Positions 36,378-47,291 of a DNA stretch of 64,000 nt are shown one piece after another. The translations under genes were made by a program, and so were the position numbers. Source of the stretch: Cyanophora paradoxa CCMP329 (Eukaryota > Plantae > Glaucophyta); the NCBI GenBank assembly GCA_004431415.1, contig QPMI01000498.1:15698-79697 (forward strand), given 5' to 3'. Each line of letters opens with the position of its first letter. Within the stretch, counting starts at the first letter, position 1. The notes below the pieces were generated by a model. That model saw nothing but the letters and a program-made list of their open reading frames with translations, made no database searches and was not told the DNA's origin.

Positions 36378-36580
36378 GCTTAAATTGCAGCGTAGTTAAA
36401 TTGCCGAATTCGACAAAAACCGGAATTGCCGTGACGATAAATTGCCGAAACTCTGGATTTCTTCTATGGTGCCATTGCCGCGCCAATGCCGGCGCCGCGC
36501 CATACAAAATCGGTCGTGTAGCCCTACCCCCTAAGAATTGCCGTGGTTTAAAATTGCCGAAAATCCGATTGCAATTTAAA
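36378..36580 (+). repeat. Cluster of AATTGCCG direct repeats in an AT-richer segment just left of the array
   Basis: aattgccg at ~36399, 36424, 36440, 36536 and 36552, plus variants (attgccg near 36474, aattgca near 36383). Confidence 0.7.
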
Positions 36581-36800
36581 ACATCGGCTAAAAAAGCAAT
36601 CCTACACTGGACCTACAGTATATTACGGTATATGTATATATACTAGTAATGCCCGCAACCTCGGTACTACTAGTAGTCAACTCCCAGCGTACCAAGTACA
36701 TGCATTTGCAAATGCAAAGGCATGTTGACGTCGCTGGATTGCGAATATTAATGTGACCGTGCACGTGAATTCTCGAATTCGAATGGCGCCGGCACGATGA

Positions 36801-37414
36801 TGACCGGCGATCGCTTGCGCAGGAGCTGCTTCAAGTTCGTCGCACCAGCCAACGCCAACGCCTGCAGTGCGTGCCCGCCTCCCGTAGCGCTGTGGGCATG
36901 CTCGCATAGAGATTCTCTATTCAATGCGATCGCTACATCTCTGCCCCGCGCTCTGACCGGCGATCGCTTGCGCAGGAGCTGCTTCAAGTTCGTCGCACCA
37001 GCCAACGCCAACGCCTGCAGTGCGTGCCCGCCTCCCGTAGCGCTGTGGGCATGCTCGCATAGAGATTCTCTATTCAATGCGATCGCTACATCTCTGCCCC
37101 GCGCATAGACCGGCGATCGCTTGCGCAGGAGCTGCTTCAAGTTCGTCGCACCAGCCAACGCCAACGCCTGCAGTGCGTGCCCGCCTCCCGTAGCGCTGTG
37201 GGCATGCTCGCATAGAGATTCTCTATTCAATGCGATCGCTACATCTCTGCCCCGCGCATTCTGACCGGCGATCGCTTGCGCAGGAGCTGCTTCAAGTTCG
37301 TCGCACCAGCCAACGCCAACGCCTGCAGTGCGTGCCCGCCTCCCGTAGCGCTGTGGGCATGCTCGCATAGAGATTCTCTATTCAATGCGATCGCTACATC
37401 TCTGCCCCGCGCAT
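36801..37414 (+). repeat. Four tandem copies of a 153-155 bp segment at the array's left edge
   Basis: gaccggcgatcgcttgcgcagg... starts at 36802, 36955, 37108 and 37263, with internally identical copies. Confidence 0.95.
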
Positions 37415-37602
37415 AGAGCCTTCTCATTGCTCGGCGATCGCTTTGTGTTCGGCGCCATACCCAGCGGATCCGATCTCTAACAAAGAGCTGCTGGGCCGGC
37501 GATCGCTTCTGTGTTCTCAGTTCTAACGGTCGCCGCGGGCTTGACGTCCACAGCCTTCTCATTGGCCAAGCGATCGCTGGTTTTCGGTGTCTTATGCCCG
37601 TC

Positions 37603-38590
37603 TCCGCAGCATGCTGACCCCGGAGAGAGGAGGCGGACCTCCCTACCCCCGGAGTGCCCTCTTCGGGGGGAAGAGAGGACGTGGACCTCCTTCCCCTCTC
37701 CCAGCCCTCTTCGGAGGGCCCCGCCCCCGCCCTTCCGCCTCCCCCGGCCCCGCCCTCCCCCGGCCCCGCCCTCTCCCCAGCCCGCCTCTCCCCCCGGCCC
37801 CGCCCTCCCCCGGCCCCGCCCGGGCCCCGGGCGCGCCCTCCCCGGCCCCGCCCCGGGCCCGGGCCCGCCCCTCCCCCTGGCCCCGCCCTCCCCCGGCCCT
37901 GCCCCGGGCCCGGGCCCGCCCCTCCCCGAGCACCCGCAGCATGCTGACCCCCGGAGAGAGGAGGCGGACCTCCCTACCCCCCGGAGTGCCCTCTTCGGGG
38001 GGAAGAGAGGACGTGGACCTCCTTCCCCTCTCCCAGCCCCTCTTCGGAGGGCCCCGCCCCGCCCTTCCGCCTCCCCCGGCCCCGCCCCTCCCCCGGCCCC
38101 GCCCCTCTCCCCAGCCCCGCCTCTCCCCCCGGCCCCGCCCCTCCCCCGGCCCCGCCCCGGGCCCCGGCGCGCCCCTCCCCCGGCCCCGCCCCGGCCCCGG
38201 GCCCGCCCTCCCCCTGGCCCCGCCCTCCCCCCGGCCCTGCCCCGGGCCCCGGCCCGCCCTCCCCCGAGCACCCGCAGCATGCTGACCCCGGAGAGAGGAG
38301 GCGGACCTCCCTACCCCCCGGAGTGCCCTCTTCGGGGGGAAGAGAGGACGTGGACCTCCTTCCCTCTCCCAGCCCCTCTTCGGAGGGCCCGCCCCGCCCT
38401 TCCGCCTCCCCCCGGCCCCGCCCTCCCCCGGCCCCGCCCTCTCCCCAGCCCCGCCTCTCCCCCCGGCCCCGCCCCGGGCCCGGGCGCGCCCCTCCCCCGG
38501 CCCGCCCCGGGCCCCGGGCCCGCCCCTCCCCTGGCCCGCCCCTCCCCCCGGCCCTGCCCGGCCCCGGCCCGCCCCTCCCCGAGCACACGA
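37603..38590 (+). repeat. Three ~330 bp C-rich subrepeats nested in each full array unit
   Basis: ccgcagcatgctgacccc...gagaggaggcggacctccctacccc heads start at ~37604, 37934 and 38272, each followed by runs of ccccggccccgcc. The triplet recurs in every full unit. Confidence 0.9.
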
Positions 38591-38644
38591 ACCCCGAGCA
38601 CACGAAGCCTGGCCCGGGGCCTGAAGCCGGCGGGCCGGCCTCAG

Positions 38645-39835
38645 ATCTACAAGTACAGCGGCGAGCTGGACGCGGCGACCGAGCTCCTCGACCGCGCCCT
38701 CTACTGCCTCGAGGCAGCCTGGTGCGGGGCGGGCGCGGCACGGGCGCGGCGGGGCGGAGGATGCGTTGCGCTGCAGTTCGTTCACTTGGTTTTGAGCTCC
38801 GTCCCCGGCAGGCACCCGCAGTTCAAGCCGGCGAGCGGCGCCTGCCGCCTCGACTTCGCAGTCATGGAGAACAAGTGCGCAGAGAACCCGTTGTACCCCG
38901 AGGATAACCTGTACCCTCCTCCGGACTCACCCCGCCACCCCCAGGGCCTGGTCTTCCGGCGCCTGCAGATGCTCATTCGCGGCGGCTGCTCCCGCACCTC
39001 CCTCGGTACCCCTCGACCGCTTCCCCCTACTCGGATTCGAACCGAACGTCGTACCTCCAGAGACGGCCAAGCTGCTGCTTGCGCTGGACCCCGACAGTGA
39101 CCTGATGGGGTGCTCCAGTGCATCGACTACTTCGCCCTCCGCGCCAGGTACCCCATAACCTTCCCCCCCCCCCCCAACTTCCCCCCCCCCACCTCATTTT
39201 TCTTCAGGGAGTACAAGTCCTTCTGGAGCTGGTGGCGGCGCCGGCGCTCCCGGGCGCTCCGCCTCGTTCGTGCGGGAGCCGCCCCTCTCGAGGCGGGAGC
39301 CGCCCTCTTCCTCCCATCGCCCTCAACTCCTCGGGTACCCCACTTAGCCTCTCCCCCTTTTTCCTGGCGCCGAGCCGGGCTCGCAGCGTACGCGCTCATG
39401 CGCGTGCGCGGGACGGCGGCGCCGCGCCCGTCGACGAGCTGGTGCCCTGCGCCCCTCCGAATCTCCTCTAAGACTGAAGCGCGGCAGGTCCTCCGGCGCC
39501 TCTTCTCGCACACGCTGGACCCCGCCTCGCCGGCGCCGCCCCGCCCTCTGCCGCGGCCCTCGCCGCCGCCCTCCTGCGGCAGGCGGTCCTCATGTACCCC
39601 GGCGCCGTCCGCCCCTCCTCGAGAACTACAACGTCAAGCCCGACTCCGGGGTGCGGGGGAGGGGCGGGACTCCGACAAGGCGAGCGTCTTTCCTCTGAGC
39701 TTCTTTACTTTCCGAGTCCTGAGCGGCTCTCTCCTTTGCTTCTTCGTTCACAGGGCGCCAGGGGCTGGGCCGCCCTACACAGGCGGCCCCTCTTCGACGA
39801 CGACGAGCCGGCCGCCAGCGTCGAGCTCCCGCCCC
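38645..39835 (+). pseudogene. TCF25: TCF25/Rqc1 (ribosome quality control) internal gene fragment with introns, copy 1
   Basis: Spliced: IYKYSGELDAATELLDRALYCLEAAW|HPQFKPASGACRLDFAVMENK|(frameshift)LVFRRLQMLIRGGCSRTSL|ETAKLLLALDPDSDLMGVLQCIDYFALRAR|EYKFLLEL..LLRQAVLMYPGAVRPLL. These are recognisable TCF25 family motifs. Both termini are missing. Confidence 0.85.
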
Positions 39836-39844
39836 TGACTGCCG

Positions 39845-40256
39845 GGATCGGACCCTGGACGAGCTCAATGCTTTGAAGCAATTGCAATTCTTGAGCTCGG
39901 TGCGTTTCTTACAGCAACTTATCTTGCGATTCTGCTCTCAATATGCTGTTAGGTGGCGCTCGAGTCGAGACGCTTGCAAAAGTAACAACGGGCTGCGCAC
40001 GACCGCCGGTCTACATTCAAAGCGAAGTGTTGGGTCGACCGGGTCCTGGAGGTCCTGTTCTCCCCGCGCGCGCTGGGTCGGGTGGTGTGCAGTGGCCACC
40101 ACCTGCGCGATCCGACAGCATGCGCACCATTTGTGGTCACGTCCACAGAGTGTTCCGCGCGCCCCGCGCGGGCGTCCTGACATCTTCGCGAACGAAGAGC
40201 AGGCAAAAGGGCTACTGCAGCGGTGCAAGGCTTTTGTAGGACTGCAGATAGCCTGA
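39845..40256 (+). pseudogene. Unidentified second gene 3' fragment fused downstream of TCF25 in every unit
   Basis: GC content drops abruptly. DRTLDELNALKQLQFLSS|gtgcgt..tag|VALESRRLQK*QRAAHDRRVYIQSE has an in-frame TAA at 39983, and the segment ends RPDIFANEEQAKGLLQRCKAFVGLQIA*. Confidence 0.4.
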
Positions 40257-40348
40257 TTCCGCATGCAGCTATAGTCTAGGGTTCTACGACATCGTTGGTT
40301 TTGTATGAGATCAATTTCACGAGGCCGAACTCTGTACCCTTCGATCGC

Positions 40349-40372
40349 AAGTTAGCCACCGGTGGCTAACTT
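40349..40372. repeat. Perfect 24-bp palindrome, one per array unit
   Basis: aagttagccacc|ggtggctaactt, also near 42196, 44043, 47808, 51481 and 55222. The copies near 58967 and 62715 each carry a 1-nt deletion. Confidence 0.95.
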
Positions 40373-40903
40373 AGGGGGGAATGAACAGGGGGAGAAGCGC
40401 AGGGGGAAGAATAGGAAAAAAAAGGAACTTCCGCGCGCCCGGCCATGCATGCAGCGCGCGAATTCCGTCCGCTGCGCATGCGCACTGCCGCGCGCACGCC
40501 GTGCTCAGCCCCGCGGCGCCACGCCCGCCCCGCAGGCGTCTTCGCCGCGCCCGCGCACGCGAGGAGTACACATCGCTTGCTTCATCGGCTCACCCGCGGC
40601 GCCGGCGGCGCGCTAGCTACACGCTTTCGCTTGTCCGAGGTACTCATCTTCGAATTCTGCAGCCGTCGCCCCATCCTCGGCAGCTGTAAGGCGGCGCGCA
40701 GGGACTCGAGCTCTCAACTATGGCGTCGCCCGGCGGGCCCAGCGCAAGCAGCTCTGAGCCAGTAGGTCCGTCCCGGAACCGCCCCTCGGACCTGCCTGGG
40801 CGCGCTGTCTTCCGATCCTGCTAAAAAACGTGTTTTCGGGGCGACATTTTGGCACTATGTTCACTATCTCGCCCGCGCTAGAGGGAGAACGTCGTACCTC
40901 CAG

Positions 40904-41683
40904 AGACGGCCAAGCTGCTGCTTGCGCTGGACCCCGACAGTGACCTGATGGGGGTGCTCCAGTGCATCGACTACTTCGCCCTCCGCGCCAGGTACCCCAT
41001 AACCTTCCCCCCCCCCCCAACTTCCCCCCCCCCACCTCATTTTTCTTCAGGGAGTACAAGTTCCTTCTGGAGCTGGTGGCGGCGCCGGCGCTCCCCGGGC
41101 GCTCCGCCTCGTTCGTGCGGGAGCCGCCCCTCTCGAGCGGGAGCCGCCCCTCTTCCTCCCCATCGCCCTCAACTCCTCGGGTACCCCCACTTAGCCTCTC
41201 CCCCCTTTTTTCCTGGCGCCGAGCCGGGCTCGCAGCGTACGCGCTCATGCGCGTGGCGCGGGACGGCGGCGCCGCGCCCGTCGACGAGCTGGTGCCCTGC
41301 GCCCCTCCGAATCTCCTCTAAGACTGAAGCGCGGCAGGTCCTCCGGCGCCTCTTCTCGCACACGCTGGACCCCGCCTCGCCGGCGCCGCCCCCGCCCTCT
41401 GCCGCGGCCCTCGCCGCCGCCCTCCTGCGGCAGGCGGTCCTCATGTACCCCGGCGCCGTCCGCCCCTCCTCGAGAACTACAACGTCAAGCCCGACTCCGG
41501 GTGCGGGGGAGGGCGGGACTCCGACAAGGCGAGCGTCTTTCCTCTGAGCTTCTTTACTTTCCGAGTCCTGAGCGGCTCTCTCCTTTGCTTCTTCGTTCAC
41601 AGGCGCCAGGGGCTGGGCCGCCCTACACAGGCGGCCCCTCTTCGACGACGACGAGCCGGCCGCCAGCGTCGAGCTCCCGCCCC
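40904..41683 (+). pseudogene. TCF25: TCF25 fragment, 5'-truncated copy in short unit 1
   Basis: Begins at the ETAKLLLALD exon after the deletion junction at 40868-40886. Confidence 0.8.
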
Positions 41684-42748
41684 TGACTGCCGGGATCGGA
41701 CCCTGGACGAGCTCAATGCTTTGAAGCAATTGCAATTCTTGAGCTCGGTGCGTTTCTTACAGCAACTTATCTTGCGATTCTGCTCTCAATATGCTGTTAG
41801 GTGGCGCTCGAGTCGAGACGCTTGCAAAAGTAACAACGGGCTGCGCACGACCGCCGGTCTACATTCAAAGCGAAGTGTTGGTCGACCGGGTCCTGGAGTC
41901 CTGTTCTCCCCGCGCGCGCTGGGGTCGGGTGGTGTGCAGTGGCCACCACCTGCGCGATCCGACAGCATGCGCACCATTTGTGGTCACGTCCACAGAGTGG
42001 TTCCGCGCGCCCCGCGCGGGGCGTCCTGACATCTTCGCGAACGAAGAGCAGGCAAAAGGGCTACTGCAGCGGTGCAAGGCTTTTGTAGGACTGCAGATAG
42101 CCTGATCCGCATGCAGCTATAGTCTAGGGTTCTACGACATCGTTGGTTTTGTATGAGATCAATTTCACGAGCCGAACTCTGTACCCTTCGATCGCAAGTT
42201 AGCCACCGGTGGCTAACTTAGGGGGGAATGAACAGGGGGAGAAGCGCAGGGGGAAGAATAGGAAAAAAAGGAACTTCCGCGCGCCCGGCCATGCATGCAG
42301 CGCGCGAATTCCGTCCGCTGCGCATGCGCACTGCCGCGCGCACGCCGTGCTCAGCCCCGCGGCGCCACGCCCGCCCCGCAGGCGTCTTCGCCGCGCCCGC
42401 GCACGCGAGGAGTACACATCGCTTGCTTCATCGGCTCACCCGCGGCGCCGGCGGCGCGCTAGCTACACGCTTTCGCTTGTCCGAGGTACTCATCTTCGAA
42501 TTCTGCAGCCGTCGCCCATCCTCGGCAGCTGTAAGGCGGCGCGCAGGGACTCGAGCTCTCAACTATGGCGTCGCCCGGCGGGCCCAGCGCAAGCAGCTCT
42601 GAGCCAGTAGGTCCGTCCCGGAACCGCCCCTCGGACCTGCCTGGGCGCGCTGTCTTCCGATCCTGCTAAAAAACGTGTTTTCGGGGCGACATTTTGGCAC
42701 TATGTTCACTATCTCGCCCGCGCTAGAGGGAGAACGTCGTACCTCCAG

Positions 42749-43527
42749 AGACGGCCAAGCTGCTGCTTGCGCTGGACCCCGACAGTGACCTGATGGGGGT
42801 GCTCCAGTGCATCGACTACTTCGCCCTCCGCGCCAGGTACCCCATAACCTTCCCCCCCCCCCAACTTCCCCCCCCCACCTCATTTTTCTTCAGGGAGTAC
42901 AAGTTCCTTCTGGAGCTGGTGGCGGCGCCGGCGCTCCCCGGCGCTCCGCCTCGTTCGTGCGGGAGCCGCCCTCTCGAGGCGGGAGCCGCCCCTCTTCCTC
43001 CCCATCGCCCTCAACTCCTCGGGTACCCCCACTTAGCCTCTCCCCCCTTTTTTCCTGGCGCCGAGCCGGGCTCGCAGCGTACGCGCTCATGCGCGTGGCG
43101 CGGGACGGCGGCGCCGCGCCCGTCGACGAGCTGGTGCCCTGCGCCCCTCCGAATCTCCTCTAAGACTGAAGCGCGGCAGGTCCTCCGGCGCCTCTTCTCG
43201 CACACGCTGGACCCCGCCTCGCCGGCGCCGCCCCGCCCTCTGCCGCGGCCCTCGCCGCCGCCCTCCTGCGGCAGGCGGTCCTCATGTACCCGGCGCCGTC
43301 CGCCCCTCCTCGAGAACTACAACGTCAAGCCCGACTCCGGGGTGCGGGGGAGGGGCGGGACTCCGACAAGGCGAGCGTCTTTCCTCTGAGCTTCTTTACT
43401 TTCCGAGTCCTGAGCGGCTCTCTCCTTTGCTTCTTCGTTCACAGGGCGCCAGGGGCTGGGCCGCCCTACACAGGCGGCCCCTCTTCGACGACGACGAGCC
43501 GGCCGCCAGCGTCGAGCTCCCGCCCCT
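42749..43527 (+). pseudogene. TCF25: TCF25 fragment, 5'-truncated copy in short unit 2
   Basis: Same junction and exons as short unit 1. Confidence 0.8.
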
Positions 43528-44554
43528 GACTGCCGGGATCGGACCCTGGACGAGCTCAATGCTTTGAAGCAATTGCAATTCTTGAGCTCGGTGCGTTTCT
43601 TACAGCAACTTATCTTGCGATTCTGCTCTCAATATGCTGTTAGGTGGCGCTCGAGTCGAGACGCTTGCAAAAGTAACAACGGGCTGCGCACGACCGCCGG
43701 GTCTACATTCAAAGCGAAGTGTTGGGTCGACCGGGTCCTGGAGGTCCTGTTCTCCCCGCGCGCGCTGGGGTCGGGTGGTGTGCAGTGGCCACCACCTGCG
43801 CGATCCGACAGCATGCGCACCATTTGTGGTCACGTCCACAGAGTGGTTCCGCGCGCCCCGCGCGGGCGTCCTGACATCTTCGCGAACGAAGAGCAGGCAA
43901 AAGGGCTACTGCAGCGGTGCAAGGCTTTTGTAGGACTGCAGATAGCCTGATTCCGCATGCAGCTATAGTCTAGGGTTCTACGACATCGTTGGTTTTGTAT
44001 GAGATCAATTTCACGAGGCCGAACTCTGTACCCTTCGATCGCAAGTTAGCCACCGGTGGCTAACTTAGGGGGGAATGAACAGGGGGGAGAAGCGCAGGGG
44101 GAAGAATAGGAAAAAAAGGAACTTCCGCGCGCCCGGCCATGCATGCAGCGCGCGAATTCCGTCCGCTGCGCATGCGCACTGCCGCGCGCACGCCGTGCTC
44201 AGCCCCGCGGCGCCACGCCCGCCCCGCAGGCGTCTTCGCCGCGCCCGCGCACGCGAGGAGTACACATCGCTTGCTTCATCGGCTCACCCGCGGCGCCGGC
44301 GGCGCGCTAGCTACACGCTTTCGCTTGTCCGAGGTACTCATCTTCGAATTCTGCAGCCGTCGCCCCATCCTCGGCAGCTGTAAGGCGGCGCGCAGGGACT
44401 CGAGCTCTCAACTATGGCGTCGCCCGGCGGGCCAGCGCAAGCAGCTCTGAGCCAGTAGGTCCGTCCCGGAACCGCCCCTCGGACCTGCCTGGGCGCGCTG
44501 TCTTCCGATCCTGCTAAAAAACGTGTTTTCGGGGCGACATTTTGGCACTATGTT

Positions 44555-45045
44555 CACTATGCCCGCCGGCCATGGGCTCGGATCGGGCCGGGGCCTTTTT
44601 CAAGCGATCGCCGGCGCCGCGTCCGTCGTCCGACGGTTCGCGCTAGCGATCTCCCGGAGTACTCGGTACCAGGGCCTAGCGATCGCCGAAGCGATGAGAA
44701 GGCTCTCTGACCGGCGATCGCTTGCGCAGGAGCTGCTTCAAGTTCGTCGCACCAGCCAACGCCAACGCCTGCAGTGCGTGCCCGCCTCCCGTAGCGCTGT
44801 GGGCATGCTCGCATAGAGATTCTCTATTCAATGCGATCGCTACATCTCTGCCCCGCGCATAGAGCCTTCTCATTGCTCGGCGATCGCTTTGTGTTCGGCG
44901 CCATACCCAGCGGATCCGATCTCTAACAAAGAGCTGCTGGCCGGCGATCGCTTCTGTGTTCTCAGTTCTAACGGTCGCCGCGGGCTTGACGTCCACAGCC
45001 TTCTCATTGGCCAAGCGATCGCTGGTTTTCGGTGTCTTATGCCCG
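44555..45045 (+). mobile_element. Putative DNA-transposon end (CACTA-starting, with GCGATCGC-core subterminal repeats); one per full unit
   Basis: Starts CACTATG. Seven GCGATCGC octamers lie in ~420 bp, several within the longer motif gccttctcattg-N4/5-gcgatcgct in both orientations. No partner terminus or TSD is visible. Confidence 0.4.
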
Positions 45046-46094
45046 TCTCCGCAGCATGCTGACCCCGGAGAGAGGAGGCGGACCTCCCTACCCCCCGGAG
45101 TGCCCTCTTCGGGGGGAAGAGAGGACGTGGACCTCCTTCCCCTCTCCCAGCCCCTCTTCGGAGGGCCCCGCCCCGCCCTTCCGCCTCCCCCCGGCCCCGC
45201 CCTCCCCCCGGCCCGCCCTCTCCCCAGCCCCGCCTCTCCCCCCGGCCCCGCCCTCCCCCGGCCCCGCCCCGGGCCCCGGGCGCGCCCCTCCCCCCGGCCC
45301 CGCCCGGGCCCCGGGCCCGCCCTCCCCTGGCCCCGCCCTCCCCCGGCCCTGCCCGGGCCCCGGGCCCGCCCCTCCCCGAGCACCCGCAGCATGCTGACCC
45401 CGGAGAGAGGAGGCGGACCTCCCTACCCCCGGAGTGCCCTCTTCGGGGGGAAGAGAGGACGTGGACCTCCTTCCCCTCTCCCAGCCCCTCTTCGGAGGGC
45501 CCCGCCCCCGCCCTTCCGCCTCCCCCGGCCCCGCCCTCCCCCGGCCCCGCCCCTCTCCCAGCCCGCCTCTCCCCCCGGCCCCGCCCCTCCCCCGGCCCCG
45601 CCCGGCCCCGGGCGCGCCCCTCCCCCGGCCCGCCCCGGGCCCGGGCCCGCCCCTCCCCCTGGCCCCGCCCCTCCCCCCGGCCTGCCCCGGGCCCCGGGCC
45701 CGCCCCTCCCCGAGCACCCGCAGCATGCTGACCCCCGGAGAGAGGAGGCGGACCTCCCTACCCCCGGAGTGCCCTCTTCGGGGGGAAGAGAGGACGTGGA
45801 CCTCCTTCCCTCTCCCAGCCCCTCTTCGGAGGGCCCCGCCCCCGCCTTCCGCCTCCCCCGGCCCCGCCCTCCCCCGGCCCCGCCCCTCTCCCCAGCCCCG
45901 CCTCTCCCCCCGGCCCCGCCCGGGCCCGGGCGCGCCCCTCCCCCGGCCCCGCCCCGGCCCCGGGCCCGCCCCTCCCCTGGCCCCGCCCCTCCCCCGGCCC
46001 TGCCCCGGGCCCGGGCCCGCCCCTCCCCGAGCACACGAACCCCCGAGCACACGAAGCCTGGCCCGGGGGCCTGAAGCCGGCGGGCCGGCCTCAG

Positions 46095-47291
46095 ATCTAC
46101 AAGTACAGCGGCGAGCTGGACGCGGCGACCGAGCTCCTCGACCGCGCCCTCTACTGCTCGAGGCAGCCTGGTGCGGGGCGGGGCGCGGGCACGGGCGCGG
46201 CGGGGCGGAGGATGCGTTGCGCTGCAGTTCGTTCACTTGGTTTTGAGCTCCGTCCCCGGCAGGCACCCGCAGTTCAAGCCGGCGAGCGGCGCCTGCCGCC
46301 TCGACTTCGCAGTCATGGAGAACAAGTGCGCAGAGAACCCGTTGTACCCCGAGGATAACCTGTACCCTCCTCCGGACTCACCCCGCCACCCCCAGGGCCT
46401 GGTCTTCCGGCGCCTGCAGATGCTCATTCGCGGCGGCTGCTCCCGCACCTCCCTCGGTACCCCCTCGACCGCTTCCCCCTACTCGGATTCGAACCGAACG
46501 TCGTACCTCCAGAGACGGCCAAGCTGCTGCTTGCGCTGGACCCCGACAGTGACCTGATGGGGTGCTCCAGTGCATCGACTACTTCGCCCTCCGCGCCAGG
46601 TACCCCATAACCTTCCCCCCCCCCCAACTTCCCCCCCCCCACCTCATTTTTCTTCAGGGAGTACAAGTTCCTTCTGGAGCTGGTGGCGGCGCCGGCGCTC
46701 CCCGGGCGCTCCGCCTCGTTCGTGCGGGAGCCGCCCCTCTCGAGGCGGGAGCCGCCCCTCTTCCTCCCCATCGCCCTCAACTCCTCGGGTACCCCCACTT
46801 AGCCTCTCCCCCTTTTTCCTGGCGCCGAGCCGGCTCGCAGCGTACGCGCTCATGCGCGTGGCGCGGGACGGCGGCGCCGCGCCCGTCGACGAGCTGGTGC
46901 CCTGCGCCCCTCCGAATCTCCTCTAAGACTGAAGCGCGGCAGGTCCTCCGGCGCCTCTTCTCGCACACGCTGGACCCCGCCTCGCCGGCGCCGCCCCGCC
47001 CTCTGCCGCGGCCCTCGCCGCCGCCCTCCTGCGGCAGGCGGTCCTCATGTACCCCGGCGCCGTCCGCCCCCTCCTCGAGAACTACAACGTCAAGCCCGAC
47101 TCCGGGGTGCGGGGGAGGGGCGGGACTCCGACAAGGCGAGCGTCTTTCCTCTGAGCTTCTTTACTTTCCGAGTCCTGAGCGGCTCTCTCCTTTGCTTCTT
47201 CGTTCACAGGGCGCCAGGGGCTGGGCCGCCCTACACAGGCGGCCCCTCTTCGACGACGACGAGCCGGCCGCCAGCGTCGAGCTCCCGCCCC
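46095..47291 (+). pseudogene. TCF25: TCF25 fragment copy
   Basis: Near-identical to 38645-39835. Confidence 0.8.

Noticed and set aside
36801-37414. CRISPR-like array
   Set aside because: The units are 153-155 bp contiguous identical copies without unique spacers, there are no cas genes, and the context is eukaryotic.
40368-40380. TTAGGG telomere-like motif in each unit
   Set aside because: It is a single hexamer overlapping the palindrome end, with no tandem telomeric tract.
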